Source: Utricularia gibba (taxonomy: Eukaryota; Plantae; Magnoliophyta). From it: a DNA stretch of 64,000 bases. The position numbers and the translations under genes are program-made. Of the stretch, positions 62,287-64,000 are shown piece after piece (within the stretch, counting starts at the first letter, position 1; each line of letters opens with the position of its first letter). The notes under the pieces were generated by a model that did no database searches, was not told the origin of the DNA, and was given only the letters and a program-made list of their open reading frames with translations. Where the stretch lies: NCBI GenBank assembly GCA_002189035.1, contig CM007991.1, positions 2,170,001 through 2,234,000 on the forward strand, given 5' to 3'.

Positions 62287-62789
62287 TGCCGCTGTACACA
62301 CTTTCCGGCCACCGGACGTCAGAGCTTCACGGCCTGCAACCTGTAACCGCCATACCTAATGCAGAAGCAACAATAGCGTTCTAGATGTAAGAAGGACGAT
62401 AAGCTGAGGGCGAGGCAGATATTTGTGTGACAATATCTTGATTTTTGAGATTGTAACACCTTTATTTTTTTAAAAAAAATTATCACATTTTTTATTTTGT
62501 AAGGTATATGCTAATAATCTCATTTAAAAAAAAATAAAAATCACGCTAACAAATGCATTAGGCTAAAACGAATCCAAGTAAATGCAACAATGTTCTGCCA
62601 AGCACGCAAGGGGCTCCTTGCCCTAACTCTGTCTTCTTCAATCTACGAATCTCGACGACGCATACACACAGGTTGCTTCTCGTCCATCTTCCGCTTCCAA
62701 TGGCGGTGGATTTAACATTAGCATGCCGCCGCTACTGCTGATTCGGCTGCTTACTCGAAGATTAGTGTCGGTATAGAAACACAGGGAAC

Positions 62790-64000
62790 CTACTGATGAG
62801 GATGAGGAGCTCCCGACGGATTGCCGAAGCCACTTTGCTGCTGCACAACGAAAGATGAAGAATGTATTGGCATGGCGAAGTACTTCGAAATTAGGTAATA
62901 TGTCTAAGAGCAGCTGTTGAGCAAAAGTCCGATGTCTAGATCAACTAAACGTATTAATCTTGTGGAAGAATCGTTTTAAGGAGGTGACCAAAAGATTAAG
63001 ATGAAGGAACCTGATATGGATTGATCCCTGGTATGATCGGAGGCCTATTGAAAGAACCTCCTTGTTGATACACTGTACTGCCAGCGCCGCCGCCACCCGG
63101 GGGCATATTCCCAATAAAGTGACCCTGAGACAATAAAGGAACCTATGACTCATCCCACAATGCAAATGATTATGCACAAAGCTGTTCTCACCATTTGACC
63201 AGGCACTTGTCCAGGGATGGAAATCGAGGAAGCAGCATTTGAGGGCATACTATGTAGTTGCATCTGAGGTGGTCTTGGCAAATGTGATTGGGGAAAAGGT
63301 AAATTCGGAGCTTGTGGTTGAGCCATGTTAGGCGGATGAGGCATTTGCTGATATGGCTGTGGTTGGTTGCCCAAAAGAACAGACGCATGAGCAGCAGGTG
63401 TCAAAGAAGGTTGCATCGGAAGGGATGATTTCTGCTCTCCTTGGGAAGAACCGAAGGATGGAATAGTAAGAGGCATTGCTGCTCCGATACCTGGGATTGT
63501 TCCTTCATTCCGGACCAATCCAGGCCCAAATGATCCAGGAGCTGTGGGGGCTCAGGCATTGGATAAGGGACATTAACCCGACCTCCGAGAGCAGGATTCT
63601 GCTCCCCATACCCTGAAATTGAAGCATAACATATTCCACCTAAGATATCATCTCAAATGTACAAGGGAAACACTACACAGTTTTGATCTAGTGCATCGAA
63701 CTATACGGATTTTGAAGTTGCTAGCAGTACTTGGGTATGAAAGTAAGACGAACCTTGATTAGGTCCCACACTAACTTTATCGCGCACAGGATCACCAGGC
63801 CGATTTCGGCACCAAAATTTTGTTGCATTATCATGGCCACCACTGCATATACTCAAAACTAGTAAGTTCACTGTTGTTGATTTTAGAATGCTTGCAGCAT
63901 GTATTCTTGCGGATAACAAAAAACTGATGTAATAAAAGAATCCTACTACCTGCAGAGAAGATAACCAATAGGATGCCATGCAAGATCCCAAATGCTGTTA
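62790..64000 (-). CDS. FY: Flowering time control protein FY / WDR33 polyadenylation factor, 3' part, partial; apparent 1-nt deletion at 63546-63550
   Basis: Last WD repeat [15 protein letters not shown]|[17 protein letters not shown], then [14 protein letters not shown] and a Pro/Gln-rich tail. The final exon ends [11 protein letters not shown]. Confidence 0.88.

Noticed and set aside
1-64000. A metabolic gene cluster, or prokaryote-type systems (CRISPR, operons, rRNA)
   Set aside because: The neighbouring genes have unrelated functions and spliceosomal introns. No repeat-spacer arrays or rRNA-like sequence were seen.

Overview
Eukaryotic plant (eudicot) nuclear DNA, very gene-dense: 21 apparently functional protein-coding genes in 64 kb (two cut by the window edges), mostly with short GT-AG introns and intergenic gaps often under 1 kb. 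In order: beta-COP (3' end), BZW/eIF5-mimic, MBS1-type zinc finger, FatA thioesterase, YqeH/BPG2-like GTPase, PHD-finger protein, TRM11, GH3 beta-xylosidase, SERK/BAK1-like LRR-RLK, group-1-like sulfate transporter, CSN7, VAD1, small membrane protein, NTAN1, EMSY-like ENT/Agenet protein, 2OG-Fe(II) dioxygenase-like, FBH/AKS-type bHLH, A20/AN1 SAP, AGP23-like peptide, MORN-type PIP5K and FY (3' end). Between them are decayed gene copies (a NAK-family kinase, RPL31 and one or two possible PPR remnants), a 160-bp hAT-type MITE with a perfect 8-bp TSD, and a structurally complete but mutated 5.5-kb Ty1/copia element (423-bp LTRs, AACAT TSD). The copia element sits inside the intron of the RPL31 pseudogene, has a primer-binding site matching tRNA-Trp rather than tRNA-iMet, and its Pol frame runs 104 codons into the 3' LTR. 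The FY copy lacks both PPLPP (FCA-binding) motifs. Several conserved genes carry single-base deletions in homopolymer runs, most likely long-read assembly errors rather than biology. The compactness suggests a miniature genome such as Lentibulariaceae (Utricularia/Genlisea), but this is inference only. All alignments were done by eye against remembered family consensus sequences; no searches were run.
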